DNA of 64,000 bases, taken from positions 9,185-73,184 of the forward strand of contig DGQA01000038.1 in the NCBI GenBank assembly GCA_002390705.1, given 5' to 3'. The notes beneath the pieces were generated by a model. The model ran no database searches. It saw nothing but the letters and a program-made list of their open reading frames with translations, and was not told the origin of the DNA. Of the stretch, positions 1-10,057 are shown piece by piece. The translations under genes and the position numbers were made by a program. This DNA is from Actinobacteria bacterium UBA4426 (GTDB lineage: Bacteria > Actinomycetota > Actinomycetes > S36-B12). How positions within the stretch are numbered: position 1 is the stretch's first letter; each line of letters starts with the position of its first letter.

Positions 1-636
1 GCGTCCAAGTTGGTTAATAAGGAACTTTCGTCCCTAAAAATTGTCATGTCCGGAGCGGGAGCTGCGGGCGCCGCAGTCGCGCAACTTCTCCTGCATGCTG
101 GAGTGCAAAACATCCTGCTCTTTGACTCTAAAGGTGCAATTTCCACCAGCAGGACCGACCTAGACCCCGATCGAACTGAACTTGCCACCCGCACCAACCT
201 GGAGAAATTTAGCGGGTCATTGCCAGAAGCCCTTGTGGGCGCAGACGTCTTTATCGGTGTCTCTCAGCCGAATCTCATCACTGCGACAGATGTCGAAAAA
301 ATGGCCAAGGATTCAATTGTTTTCGCGCTGGCAAACCCAGACCCCGAGATCAATCCAATTGAGGCGGCCAAATTTGCCAAAGTGGTAGCAACGGGGCGTA
401 GTGACTACCCCAATCAGATCAACAACGTCCTTGCGTTCCCGGGAATTTTCCGCGGGCTTCTTGATAGCGGTGCCATTCACATTACCGAAGAGGTTCTCAT
501 GGCTTCAGCCCTAGCGATCGCTGAATGCGTCAACGAAAAGGCCCTTTCTTCCGTGTATATCGTGCCGAGCGTCTTTGACAATAGCGTGGCACCTGCAGTT
601 GCCGCGGCAGTAATCGCGGCAACTGCAGGAAAATAG
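1..636 (+). CDS. NAD(P)-dependent malic enzyme, C-terminal part (5' end outside the window)
   Basis: Frame 1 is open from nt 1. Contains SGAGAAG dinucleotide-binding loop, ALANPDPEI and GRSDYPNQINNVLAFPGIFRG, all typical of bacterial malic enzymes. Stop at 634-636. Confidence 0.85.
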   Translation, partial: ASKLVNKELSSLKIVMSGAGAAGAAVAQLLLHAGVQNILLFDSKGAISTSRTDLDPDRTELATRTNLEKFSGSLPEALVGADVFIGVSQPNLITATDVEKMAKDSIVFALANPDPEINPIEAAKFAKVVATGRSDYPNQINNVLAFPGIFRGLLDSGAIHITEEVLMASALAIAECVNEKALSSVYIVPSVFDNSVAPAVAAAVIAATAGK

Positions 637-644
637 TTCCAGGA

Positions 645-2933
645 TTAGAGTTTCTCAACGGGCGCGTAGCGCAAGAGCAGGCGCTTAACCCCTGATGCAC
701 CAAAATCAATAGTTGCATCAGCGCGATCACCGCTGCCACCGCTCTCAACGACTGTTCCCATGCCGAATTTTTCATGGGTGACCCGATCACCAGCATTGAG
801 TGAGATGGCGTTGGCGCTTACACTCGTGCTGCCGAGCCGCAATGGTGAATCTGGCCCCGACCAAGTGGACGAGCCAAAATTGGAACTGGGGGCAAACATG
901 GGTGGCGCTTCGCGTTCCCAGGTGAGGTTGTGCTCGGGGATTTCATCGAGGAAGCGGCTTTGTGGGTTAGCCGCCGGGCTCCCCCAGGAAGACCTGGTCA
1001 AGGACCGGCTCAGATAGAGCCGCTGACGGGCGCGGGTAATACCCACATAAGCCAGCCGTCTTTCTTCTTCCAATTCGCGCGCCTCACCTAGGGATCGCGC
1101 ATGTGGGAAGATCCCTTCTTCCATTCCGGTGAGAAATACTGTGGGGAATTCGAGGCCTTTTGCGGTATGCAGGGTCATCAAGGTTACTACCCCACCATGA
1201 TCTTCACCCTCAGGGATTGAATCAGCATCAGCAACGAGGGCCACATTTTCTAGGAACTCAACGAGTGTCCCTTCCGGGTTATCAACCAAGAAAGCTGTCG
1301 CGACAGATTCCAACTCAGCTAGGTTTTCGATCCGACCCTCATCTTGTAGATCTGTTGATGCTCGCAGTTCGGAGAGGTAACCACTCTGCTCAATCGCCGC
1401 TTGAATTACCACAGCGGGTTCTGTGCCTGATTCGAAAAGGGTTTGTAGCCCGTTCATCAAATCAACGAACCCTGCGATGGCGCTCATTGAGCGAGTCGCC
1501 AGCCCCGGTACGTCGGCTGCCCGCCGCAGGCTGTCGAAGAAGGTGATGCGCTCGCGTTCGGCGTAGGCGCCGATCATCGCTTCAGCCCGGTCGCCTATTC
1601 CGCGCTTTGGGGTGTTCAGAATTCGGCGTAGTGACACTTCATCCGCCGGATTCACGATTGTGCGCAGATAAGCCAAAATATCTCGGACTTCCTTGCGTTC
1701 ATAGAAGCGAACCCCACCCACAACTTTGTACGGCATCCCGGTTCGAATAAATACTTCTTCCACTGCCCGCGATTGAGCGTTGGTTCGGTAGAACACTGCT
1801 GTGTCTCCTGGCCGAGAAATTCCCTCGTCTGACATGCGGTCTATCTCGCGGGCAATAAATGAAGCTTCGTCATGTTCGTCGTCGCCGACATATACCTTGA
1901 TGAGATCCCCATCGCCTGAATCGGTCCAAAGGTTCTTTGCCCGCCGTGATGTGTTCTTCGCAATCACGGCATTGGCTGCTGACAAAATCGTTTGCGTTGA
2001 ACGGTAGTTCTGCTCCAGGAGGATGGTGCTGGCATTTGGATAATCCCGCTCGAACTCTTCAATGTTACGAATAGTCGCCCCACGAAACGCATAAATGGAC
2101 TGATCGGCGTCACCCACGACACACAGTTCACCCGGTGGTGGTGAATCCGCAGACGCAGCAACCGTTCCGACCAATTCCTTGATTAACATGTATTGAGCGT
2201 GGTTGGTGTCTTGATATTCATCCACCATGATGTGACGGAATCGGCGTCGGTACATATTGGCGACTTCAGGAAAAAGTTGCAGTAGTGCAACCGTTGAACC
2301 AATCAGGTCGTCAAAATCAAAAGCATTGGCAAGGGTCAGCCGATTTTGGTATTCGCGGTACACCTGAGCGATTACGGACTCAATGGCTGCGTCTTTATCT
2401 GAGGACAATTGGGTATTGGATAAGAAAGTTTCGTGGTCAATCAACTCATTTTTTGCTGATGAAATTCGGGAAAGTAGCATGCGCGGCTTGGTGTTCTTTG
2501 CGTCAATATTGAAATCACGCAAGATTAATGTAATGAGTCGCAGCGAGTCCTGCGTGTCATAAATGGTGAAGTTACTTTTTACTCCTAAACGATGGGCCTC
2601 GGCGCGCAATATTCGAACACAGGCGCTGTGAAATGTGGAGACCCACATGGTTCGACCGGCCGGGCCAACAATGTCAGCAACCCGCTCTTTCATCTCCGCG
2701 GCTGCCTTATTGGTGAAGGTGATGGCGAGAATCTGCCCAGGTGTTGCATCACCGAATGCCAGTAAGTGTGCGATCCGGCGGGTCAATACTCGAGTTTTAC
2801 CCGATCCGGCACCGGCAACAATCAGTAGCGGACTGCCTCGATGCTCAACGGCTGTGCGCTGGGCGGGATTGAGATCTTCGAGTAATTCATCCCCGTGCAA
2901 CGCTAATGATGGGGATTGGCTCAATTCGGACAC
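645..2933 (-). CDS. pcrA: ATP-dependent DNA helicase PcrA/UvrD (superfamily 1)
   Basis: 762 aa. Walker A AGAGSGKT, motif II DEYQDT, QNYRST, TLHTAKGLEF, VGITRA. C-terminal GDRVTHEKFGMGTVV Tudor-like tail. Confidence 0.93.
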   Translation of the reverse strand: MSELSQSPSLALHGDELLEDLNPAQRTAVEHRGSPLLIVAGAGSGKTRVLTRRIAHLLAFGDATPGQILAITFTNKAAAEMKERVADIVGPAGRTMWVSTFHSACVRILRAEAHRLGVKSNFTIYDTQDSLRLITLILRDFNIDAKNTKPRMLLSRISSAKNELIDHETFLSNTQLSSDKDAAIESVIAQVYREYQNRLTLANAFDFDDLIGSTVALLQLFPEVANMYRRRFRHIMVDEYQDTNHAQYMLIKELVGTVAASADSPPPGELCVVGDADQSIYAFRGATIRNIEEFERDYPNASTILLEQNYRSTQTILSAANAVIAKNTSRRAKNLWTDSGDGDLIKVYVGDDEHDEASFIAREIDRMSDEGISRPGDTAVFYRTNAQSRAVEEVFIRTGMPYKVVGGVRFYERKEVRDILAYLRTIVNPADEVSLRRILNTPKRGIGDRAEAMIGAYAERERITFFDSLRRAADVPGLATRSMSAIAGFVDLMNGLQTLFESGTEPAVVIQAAIEQSGYLSELRASTDLQDEGRIENLAELESVATAFLVDNPEGTLVEFLENVALVADADSIPEGEDHGGVVTLMTLHTAKGLEFPTVFLTGMEEGIFPHARSLGEARELEEERRLAYVGITRARQRLYLSRSLTRSSWGSPAANPQSRFLDEIPEHNLTWEREAPPMFAPSSNFGSSTWSGPDSPLRLGSTSVSANAISLNAGDRVTHEKFGMGTVVESGGSGDRADATIDFGASGVKRLLLRYAPVEKL

Positions 2934-2980
2934 TACGTCAGTCTAGGCCTAAACCCAGACAACAAGCTCAATAGCGAATA

Positions 2981-4975
2981 TCAGCGCCTGATGTAGCCGA
3001 CTACTGTCACCCGGACTTTTGTCCGAACATTTGCTGCCAATGCGACAAGGCCTTTGTCTCCCACCTCAGCAACAATAATCGAAGTAGTTTTCCCCTTTGC
3101 GGTAACGGTGGCTGATCGAGAACCTCGATCGACTCCACCCACTGCGTAGGCCGCAAATCGACCGTCCGCACCTTTGCCTTTTGTTGTGACCCGCAGGATC
3201 ACGGCGAGGACTTTTTTCTTCTTTTTGGGTACGTCACCGATTCCAGTCGCCTTGGCCAGTTTCACTTTGGTGCCATTAAATTTCGTTTTGATCAGTTTGC
3301 GCGCTGACATGCCGCGGGCTTTTAACGGTAGTGCGCCCGTGCGGTACCCGAGCACCTCAACTTTGACTTGTACTGCAGGTTTCTTAGACGCAGAAATTTG
3401 AACCGTTCCTCCCACAACTGGGACAACCAAAATTGCGGTTCGAGTTTTTGCCTTGCGAACCTTGATAGTGGCAGCGTTACGTTTTTCACCAATTTGGCCG
3501 ATACGTAGTTTGCCCTTCTTGGTGGAGTCGCTGGTGGTGACGGTGACAAGTGCACTCGTTGCTTGCGCCGGAAGTCCGTTAAGGGCCACGGTACGAATTT
3601 CACCCGGCTGAATTGCACCTTGGCTCATTGACTCGTAACCGACTTCGGCACCAATTCCCACGAATTCCCCCTCTTCGGGTGGGGCGCCGGGGGCCGGTGC
3701 TTGGGGAGCTACCGGAGCCACGGGCACCGGAGCAGGGTTTAGTCCTAACTCGGTCATGGGCATAATCAATGTTTCGCTGACCACCTCGGACCTGTTTTCA
3801 ACTTCCGGCCCGTTGGGGTAATATCCCAAAACATCAACAGTGACATCTGTTGCGCCAGCAGTCGTTGCAATCGCGATGGTTCCATCGGATGCGACCGGGA
3901 TAATTGCATCTGCAGACGCATCAGCATTCATCGGAGCTTGCACAACGGGGACGCTGGAACTCGCTCCCGGTGACCAAGCTCGTAAAGTAGTGGGGGCGTT
4001 GGTCCCTAATGCGCTCACGCGCACAAGCACTGCGGCAACACCCTCCGCTGGCACCCCGCCCACCCCTGTAACTTTGGCAAAAATTCTATGGCTGTCGCCA
4101 TTCCATCGGTCTTGTTGTAGGCGACAGCGCTCTTTTACCCCGATCCCCGAACGCGTGCCCACGACCCGAACTTGATCAACGGCGACAGCCCCGCCCACGC
4201 GGGTAGCAGGAGCGCCGCTAGCGGTGGACCGGCTGCGCGCACAGTAGGGCGCTGTGAGCGCGGTGCCATCCCAAAATGAAGACCGACCGGAGGCTCCATC
4301 CCACGTGAGTGAGATGTGAATATGGTTGCGGTGACAGGTGTTATCAGAGCCTTTGTCTGCTCTGGAGAAACAACCTTTCAGTTCGGTCCAACCTTTATCT
4401 AACTTATAGCCGCGCCAGATTCGGTCGTTCCAACCGATATACATCACGCCCAGTCGGATTGCGTTGCCGTAAGCAACCCCGAATTGATCTGGCCCCAGCA
4501 GCCAATTCAAAAAAGCCTCGGCTTCGGCGCGGCCCTGGGGGTCGCGAACGCTACGCATCCAGTCGAGAGCTCGACCTTCTTTATGCTCACTTTGACCGTT
4601 GACTCCACAATCGCGCGGAATCCATACGACTTCATCTTGGCCGTAGGTCGCCTTAATCAAGTCTGCGAATCGTTGGGTTCCCGGTTTTGGGAGGGGATCA
4701 CAAGTGGATTGTCCTTCGTATTCGGCGGGGACGTCGTATTCAGCCGGAAGCGCGACGGGGGCACCCGCAGGTGATGGAACCGCGGGTAGACCAACCCCCG
4801 GCTCAGGAGCACCGGCAATCACACCGGTCCAATTGGTGGATTGCCAGCCACTGCCATCCGCCGTTGCCGGGCTGACTTGTAAAATTAGGGCGCCCACACA
4901 TACAAAAATGCCGCCACCGCGCATGAGCGCATGAAGGCGTGGCAGGGCAGAATGCCCTGTATTGTGGGGAAGCAC
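2981..4975 (-). CDS. Secreted LAS/M15-type zinc peptidase-domain protein (putative cell-wall hydrolase) with three C-terminal ~90-aa repeats
   Basis: Signal-peptide-like N-terminus (MRGGGIFVCVGALILQVSPATA). SxHxxGxAxD motif (SEHKEGRALD) plus HRNHIHIS (HxH). Pro/Ala linker, then three beta-rich repeats each ending V-x-V-(L/V)-GY. Start may be the internal ATG at 4924 rather than GTG at 4975. Confidence 0.6.
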   Translation of the reverse strand: MLPHNTGHSALPRLHALMRGGGIFVCVGALILQVSPATADGSGWQSTNWTGVIAGAPEPGVGLPAVPSPAGAPVALPAEYDVPAEYEGQSTCDPLPKPGTQRFADLIKATYGQDEVVWIPRDCGVNGQSEHKEGRALDWMRSVRDPQGRAEAEAFLNWLLGPDQFGVAYGNAIRLGVMYIGWNDRIWRGYKLDKGWTELKGCFSRADKGSDNTCHRNHIHISLTWDGASGRSSFWDGTALTAPYCARSRSTASGAPATRVGGAVAVDQVRVVGTRSGIGVKERCRLQQDRWNGDSHRIFAKVTGVGGVPAEGVAAVLVRVSALGTNAPTTLRAWSPGASSSVPVVQAPMNADASADAIIPVASDGTIAIATTAGATDVTVDVLGYYPNGPEVENRSEVVSETLIMPMTELGLNPAPVPVAPVAPQAPAPGAPPEEGEFVGIGAEVGYESMSQGAIQPGEIRTVALNGLPAQATSALVTVTTSDSTKKGKLRIGQIGEKRNAATIKVRKAKTRTAILVVPVVGGTVQISASKKPAVQVKVEVLGYRTGALPLKARGMSARKLIKTKFNGTKVKLAKATGIGDVPKKKKKVLAVILRVTTKGKGADGRFAAYAVGGVDRGSRSATVTAKGKTTSIIVAEVGDKGLVALAANVRTKVRVTVVGYIRR

Positions 4976-5082
4976 GTACCTACTCTGACACGAAAGTGAC
5001 GCATGTGACTAATCACCACGAGTAAGCACACCCATGTAATTCATAATTATTGACAACTTTGATCACTTATAGAGGGAATCTG

Positions 5083-5790
5083 ATGGAAATTGAGCGCATT
5101 TTGGTAATCACCGCCCACCCCGACGACGTCGATTTTGGCGCGGGGGGCACTGTTCGCCAGTGGACCCGGTCGGGGATTGAGGTCAGCTACTGCGTGTGCA
5201 CCGATGGTGATGCCGGCGGGGCAGACCGTGATGTGCCTCGAAGCGAGATTCCCCGCATTCGCCGAGCCGAGCAGAAAGCAGCCGGCGGGGCCCTCGGTGT
5301 CACCGATATTCATTTTCTGGGCTACAAAGACGGTGACCTGCAAGTGACCCAGGATCTACGTCGAGATATCAGTCGAGTGATCCGCCAGGTCAAACCCCAG
5401 CGCGTGGTCATGCAATCCCCGGAGCGCAACTGGGATCGAATTTATTCCTCACACCCGGATCATTTGGCCGCTGGTGAAGCGGCAATATGTTCCGTGTACC
5501 CCGACGCCCGCAATCCATTTGCGCACCCCACTCTGCTCGATGACGAAGGGTTAGACGCGTGGACCGTGAATGAGGTGTGGGTAATGGGAGCACCTGATTC
5601 GAATCACTACGAAGATGTCACCGAAATGCTGCCGGACAAACTCGCAGCCCTGCAATTGCACGAGTCACAAACCGCGCACATGGAAGACCTTGAAGGGCGC
5701 GTTCGCGCCTGGATGTCAGCCACTGCAATTGAAGCCGGTTTTGCGCCCGAGGCACTTGCTGAAAGTTTTCGGGTAATCAATACCGCTTAA
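5083..5790 (+). CDS. PIG-L/LmbE family deacetylase
   Basis: ITAHPDDVDFGAGG and SSHPDHLAAG motifs of the LmbE/PIG-L zinc deacetylase family. ATG at 5083 is preceded by AGAGGGA; the ORF-track start at 5050 (TTG) looks over-extended. Confidence 0.8.
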   Translation: MEIERILVITAHPDDVDFGAGGTVRQWTRSGIEVSYCVCTDGDAGGADRDVPRSEIPRIRRAEQKAAGGALGVTDIHFLGYKDGDLQVTQDLRRDISRVIRQVKPQRVVMQSPERNWDRIYSSHPDHLAAGEAAICSVYPDARNPFAHPTLLDDEGLDAWTVNEVWVMGAPDSNHYEDVTEMLPDKLAALQLHESQTAHMEDLEGRVRAWMSATAIEAGFAPEALAESFRVINTA

Positions 5791-5794
5791 GAGT

Positions 5795-6145
5795 TTAACT
5801 CCAAAAAACTGCAATAAAGATATTAGCGATGCTTAGCGCGCCAATTGCTCCCCACAAAGCAACCTGAGGCGGAGCCTTCTTGCGGCCTGTCACTGCCAGC
5901 ACCGTTACTACCAACACAATTACAAGTTTTACGCTGATCTTGGTCATATTGAGTTCGTCATCAACTGCGCCACCTTCAACCATGCCAACCAGGATCAATC
6001 CGGTGACGAGCTGGGTGAGTGCCCCATGGAACATGGCGGCATTAACGCCCTTTTCCGAATTTGATATTTGCACAATGAATCCGCCCACCAAACTGGCTAG
6101 GCCGATGAAGTGCAGAACAACAATCAGGTTATACACAAACTCCAT
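5795..6145 (-). CDS. Small integral membrane protein, function unknown
   Basis: 116 aa, almost entirely hydrophobic, about four predicted TM segments. No recognisable catalytic motif. Confidence 0.5.
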   Translation of the reverse strand: MEFVYNLIVVLHFIGLASLVGGFIVQISNSEKGVNAAMFHGALTQLVTGLILVGMVEGGAVDDELNMTKISVKLVIVLVVTVLAVTGRKKAPPQVALWGAIGALSIANIFIAVFWS

Positions 6146-6154
6146 AGGCCCACT

Positions 6155-7723
6155 CTATTCCCACTCGATGGTTCCTGGTGGCTTACTCGTGACATCGAGT
6201 GTCACGCGGTTTACTTCGGCCACTTCATTAGTGATTCGGTTAGAAATCTGCGCAATCAGGTCATAGGGCAACCGGGACCAGTCAGCCGTCATGGCGTCTT
6301 CACTTGAGACAGGGCGTAGCACCACTGGATGCCCGTAGGTGCGGCCATCGCCTTGAACCCCAACGCTCCTGACGTCCGCCAAAAGCACGACAGGAAATTG
6401 CCACACATCACGATCGAGCCCCGCAGCGGTAAGTTCCTCACGTGCAATGAGGTCAGCGCGGCGCAAAATCTCCAACCGCTCTTCGTTGACCGACCCGATA
6501 ATACGAATTGCAAGACCGGGGCCAGGGAATGGGTGTCGCCACACAATTTCCGGAGGCAAACCTAGATCGATACCCACCTGTCGGACCTCGTCTTTGAATA
6601 ATGTTCGTAATGGCTCAACCAGAGTGAACTCAAGGTCTTCTGGCAAACCGCCAACATTGTGATGGCTCTTGATATTGGCTGTTCCTGAACCACCACCAGA
6701 TTCCACAACATCGGGATACAAAGTTCCTTGCACCAAGAATTTCACTTTGTGACCAGCGCTGCCTGCGGTCTCCACCACTTGCCCTGCCGCATCTTCAAAA
6801 ACTCGAATAAATTCGCGGCCAATAATTTTGCGTTTAGTCTCGGGATCGGTGATACCCGCGAGTGCATCAAGGAATCTTTTTTTTGCATCAACCACTACCA
6901 GTGTGATCCCTGTGGCGGCCACGTACTCACGTTCAACCTGTTCCGCTTCACCGGCGCGCAATAGCCCATGGTCAACAAAAACGCAGGTGAGTTGATCCCC
7001 CACGGCTTTATGTACCAATGCAGCAGCTACTGCCGAGTCGACTCCGCCAGAGAGCCCACAGATAACTGCCGAATCACCAATTTGTGCAGAAATCTTGGCG
7101 ACCTGCTCGTCGATTACGTTGGACATGGTCCAACTTTGTTCACAGTGGGCCACGTGAATCAGGAAATTGGAGAGCACTTTCTGGCCATACTCCGAATGTA
7201 AGACCTCTGGATGAAACTGCACGCCAGCCCGCGAATGCTCAAGATCTTCAAAACCTGCCACCGGAGCACCTGCCGAAACTGCACAGACTTTAAAAGTTTG
7301 TGGAGCTGATATCACGGCATCCCCGTGACTCATCCACACTGAAATCGACTCGGGCACATCGGAAAAAATCGTGGCATTTTGTGTGGACAGTTCTGTGCGT
7401 CCATATTCGCTGGTACCAGTTTGAGCTACTTCACCACCGAGTGAGTTAGCCATCAATTGAAAGCCGTAGCAGATTCCAAAAATTGGAAAACCCAGATCAA
7501 AAATTGTCGAGTCAAATGTGGGTGCACCTTCTGCATACACGCTGGACGGCCCGCCACTGAGAATAATCGCCGAAGGACATTTAGCCTTCACTTCATCAGC
7601 CGTAATTGTGTGGGCAACAATTTCGGAAAAAATATTTTCTTGGCGCACCCGGCGAGCGATCAGCTGCGCGTACTGGGCACCGAAGTCAATCACAAGTACG
7701 GGTCCAGAAGGATTGAGCAGCAT
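6155..7723 (-). CDS. guaA: GMP synthase (glutamine-hydrolysing)
   Basis: GATase-1 domain (ICYGFQ catalytic Cys), PP-loop SGGVDS, C-terminal KPPGTIEWE. Start placed at ATG 7723 ([18 protein letters not shown]); the ORF-track start at 7813 would overlap the upstream gene. Confidence 0.95.
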   Translation of the reverse strand: MLLNPSGPVLVIDFGAQYAQLIARRVRQENIFSEIVAHTITADEVKAKCPSAIILSGGPSSVYAEGAPTFDSTIFDLGFPIFGICYGFQLMANSLGGEVAQTGTSEYGRTELSTQNATIFSDVPESISVWMSHGDAVISAPQTFKVCAVSAGAPVAGFEDLEHSRAGVQFHPEVLHSEYGQKVLSNFLIHVAHCEQSWTMSNVIDEQVAKISAQIGDSAVICGLSGGVDSAVAAALVHKAVGDQLTCVFVDHGLLRAGEAEQVEREYVAATGITLVVVDAKKRFLDALAGITDPETKRKIIGREFIRVFEDAAGQVVETAGSAGHKVKFLVQGTLYPDVVESGGGSGTANIKSHHNVGGLPEDLEFTLVEPLRTLFKDEVRQVGIDLGLPPEIVWRHPFPGPGLAIRIIGSVNEERLEILRRADLIAREELTAAGLDRDVWQFPVVLLADVRSVGVQGDGRTYGHPVVLRPVSSEDAMTADWSRLPYDLIAQISNRITNEVAEVNRVTLDVTSKPPGTIEWE

Positions 7724-7775
7724 CGCCCAAGCGTAGTAGCCGTGCGATTTACGTCTGTGACCCGATCGGGTGACG

Positions 7776-8027
7776 TCAGCTGCTAAATGCACCGAGTGCG
7801 AGGAGCGAGACAATGATCAGCAAGTAGATAATTACACCGACGACATACGTCAAAATCATGAATCTCTTGGCCCAGCGTGAGGCTCGCACCGCCCCACTTT
7901 CATCGCCATTCCTGAACCGACGGCGTGCCGTAAAGGACAAAGTGAGTGCAACGACACCGAAGGGCAAAAAGAAAAAGATCGCGCCGACCACTGACGAACG
8001 TACATATGTTTTGGCCGTCGCGGTCAT
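7776..8027 (-). CDS. CD225/dispanin-like small membrane protein
   Basis: 83 aa, two TM helices flanking a basic loop ([24 protein letters not shown]), the layout of the CD225/interferon-induced TM family. Confidence 0.55.
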   Translation of the reverse strand: MTATAKTYVRSSVVGAIFFFLPFGVVALTLSFTARRRFRNGDESGAVRASRWAKRFMILTYVVGVIIYLLIIVSLLALGAFSS

Positions 8028-8094
8028 TACCTAACCATAATCGCACCCATCACACGCTGACTTCGCAGACACGTCAAATTAGCGAGTTGGCGAG

Positions 8095-9087
8095 CTAAGC
8101 ACCGCGCAAAGTCTCTGATGGAAGTTGCCCGTAACGATCTGCGTAGTAGTGGGAAAAGCGACCTAGGTGGGTGAAACCCCAACCCCCGGCGATTTCAGAG
8201 ACCGTACGATCACCGTTTTCGGATTGGCTCAACTCCTCATGGGCTCCGCGGAGCCTGACTTCGCGCAAATACTGAGTGGGCGAGAGTCCCACGTAGGAAC
8301 GAAACCCTTCTTGCAAGCTTCGGACGCTGACCCCCGCATGCGCAGCCATCTCGCTAATGGTCAGATTGTCATAGGTTTTCTCCTCACACAATGACATGGC
8401 TCTTCGCACGGAGCGAGGCGCGGCCGGCTCTGCGGCATTCGTCAGGCTCGCCGAATAGTTATGTGGTTGAGCTGTGAGTAGACCGGTAATACATGCCGAC
8501 TCTATTTCTGCTTGAACGCTTTCATGAAGCCCGGGAACATCACTGTCAAAATTTTGAACTAAGACATCGACGATCTGGCGCCACGATCTAATGCCCGGGC
8601 TATCCATCCGCATAGCAAGATCGAATCGGATTGGCACCGAGAGGCTCCTGCCCATGAGCTCTTCGAGGCGAGTTTCCACACTGTGCCGTGAAAGATGAAT
8701 AAGCAAGTGTGGCGATTGTGCCTGCCAGGTCATGTCAAGGTGCTCGGTAGGAGAAGGAATCGAAGCGACCTGGGTACTTGACTCAATATTTTGAGAGCCG
8801 CAGGTCACTCGTCCTCCGCCAGAAAGTGGAATCTGGACGAGGAAAAAGGAATTGAGCTCCCCTGGGGTTATGTTGACTTCGGCGCCGTAATCCAGGTAGT
8901 TCAGTGACACATCCGTGAGTTTTACCGAATTATGAACAGTGTCCACTTCCCCTGATGCGGCTGCAGTAGTCAGTCGATGCGGACAAAACACACGAGCGAC
9001 TTGATCTCTGGCATCGTCTAAATCGTGGGTCCGAAATAGTGTGTGCTCACTGAGCAATTCCTTCACTACCATGTCACCAGTTTTCAT
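8095..9087 (-). CDS. AraC family transcriptional regulator
   Basis: C-terminal double HTH (ISEMAAHAGVSVRSLQEGFRSYVGLSPTQYLREVRL...GWGFTHLGRFSHYYADRYGQLPSETL). N-terminal AraC-type effector-binding-like domain. Start probably ATG 9087 or 9072; the ORF-track start at 9174 is basic junk overlapping the divergent promoter region. Confidence 0.85.
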   Translation of the reverse strand: MKTGDMVVKELLSEHTLFRTHDLDDARDQVARVFCPHRLTTAAASGEVDTVHNSVKLTDVSLNYLDYGAEVNITPGELNSFFLVQIPLSGGGRVTCGSQNIESSTQVASIPSPTEHLDMTWQAQSPHLLIHLSRHSVETRLEELMGRSLSVPIRFDLAMRMDSPGIRSWRQIVDVLVQNFDSDVPGLHESVQAEIESACITGLLTAQPHNYSASLTNAAEPAAPRSVRRAMSLCEEKTYDNLTISEMAAHAGVSVRSLQEGFRSYVGLSPTQYLREVRLRGAHEELSQSENGDRTVSEIAGGWGFTHLGRFSHYYADRYGQLPSETLRGA

Positions 9088-9253
9088 CAGTTTACCCAAA
9101 TACGCACCCAAATAGCGATATTTCTTGCGTTTTCTGGATATTGGCCTCTGTGAATGGCTTGGCAAGTGGATCAACTCGCTCTACTATCCACCACACCATG
9201 ATCCTCAAATGAGATTGAATTCAGTTCATGTCCCCAGACGAAAGGAATCCACG

Positions 9254-10054
9254 ATGACAACGAACGCTGATCCGCTCACAGGCAAAGTTGCAATTCTCAC
9301 CGGGGCGGCCACAATTTTTGGAATCGCCGTCGCCCAAGAATTGGTCGACCAAGGTGCACACATTTATTTAGTCGATATCAACCGCGCCGGGCTAGCAGAG
9401 GCCCTCAACCAATGCGGTGCAGCCGCTTCAGGACTATGCACCGATATCACCAGCGACACAGGAATCTCCGAAATTGTCAGTCAAACTACCGCAACGTGGG
9501 GTGGGATTGACCTGCTGATCAACCTGGCTTGCTCCTATGAGGACTCCGGAGCTGATAGCACGCGCGAGGAATGGATGAATACTTTCAATGTGAATGTTGC
9601 CAGTGCTGCAATGCTTGCTCAGGCCGTGCGTCCACACATGGTTAAGCGTGGCGGTGGTTCAATTGTTAATCTCACTTCCATTAGTTCCAAGGTTGCACAG
9701 ATCGGGCGATGGACGTATCCGGTGTCCAAGGCCGCCATGGTCCAACTCACTCGAAACATGGCCATGGATTTCGCACCGGATCACATCAGGGTGAATTCTG
9801 TCTCCCCTGGATGGACCTGGTCGGCCATCATGGATTCGCTCTCCGGTGGTAACCGACAGAAAACTGATGCTGTTGCCGCACCATTTCACCTCACCCAACG
9901 AGTCGGCGACCCACGGGAGGTGGCCCGAGTGATTGCTTTTCTTTGCAGCGACGCTTCTTCTGTTGTCACCGGGGCGGACTGGGCCGCCGACGGTGGTTAC
10001 AGCGCGATGGGCCCCGAACAGGCGACCCCGGCGATTCCACTTCTCATGGAGTAG
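9254..10054 (+). CDS. SDR family oxidoreductase
   Basis: TGAATIFG cofactor loop and YPVSK (YxxxK) catalytic motif. ATG 9254 is preceded by AAAGGAA; the ORF-track start at 9125 is over-extended. Confidence 0.88.
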   Translation: MTTNADPLTGKVAILTGAATIFGIAVAQELVDQGAHIYLVDINRAGLAEALNQCGAAASGLCTDITSDTGISEIVSQTTATWGGIDLLINLACSYEDSGADSTREEWMNTFNVNVASAAMLAQAVRPHMVKRGGGSIVNLTSISSKVAQIGRWTYPVSKAAMVQLTRNMAMDFAPDHIRVNSVSPGWTWSAIMDSLSGGNRQKTDAVAAPFHLTQRVGDPREVARVIAFLCSDASSVVTGADWAADGGYSAMGPEQATPAIPLLME

Positions 10055-10057
10055 CGG

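Noticed and set aside
4925-5082. Possible c-di-AMP (ydaO-type) riboswitch upstream of the secreted peptidase, as seen for some actinobacterial wall hydrolases.
   Set aside because: Only a single 7-bp hairpin (cagggca gaa tgccctg, 4943-4959) is present. I could not recognise the conserved ydaO motifs, and the region is short.
7724-7813. A 30-codon N-terminal extension of guaA. The rplB (52222-52383), tuf (55554-55586), rplF and AraC/SDR/PIG-L ORFs show similar extensions.
   Set aside because: The extensions are non-conserved, often overlap the neighbouring gene, and conserved N-termini with Shine-Dalgarno sequences begin at the internal start codons.
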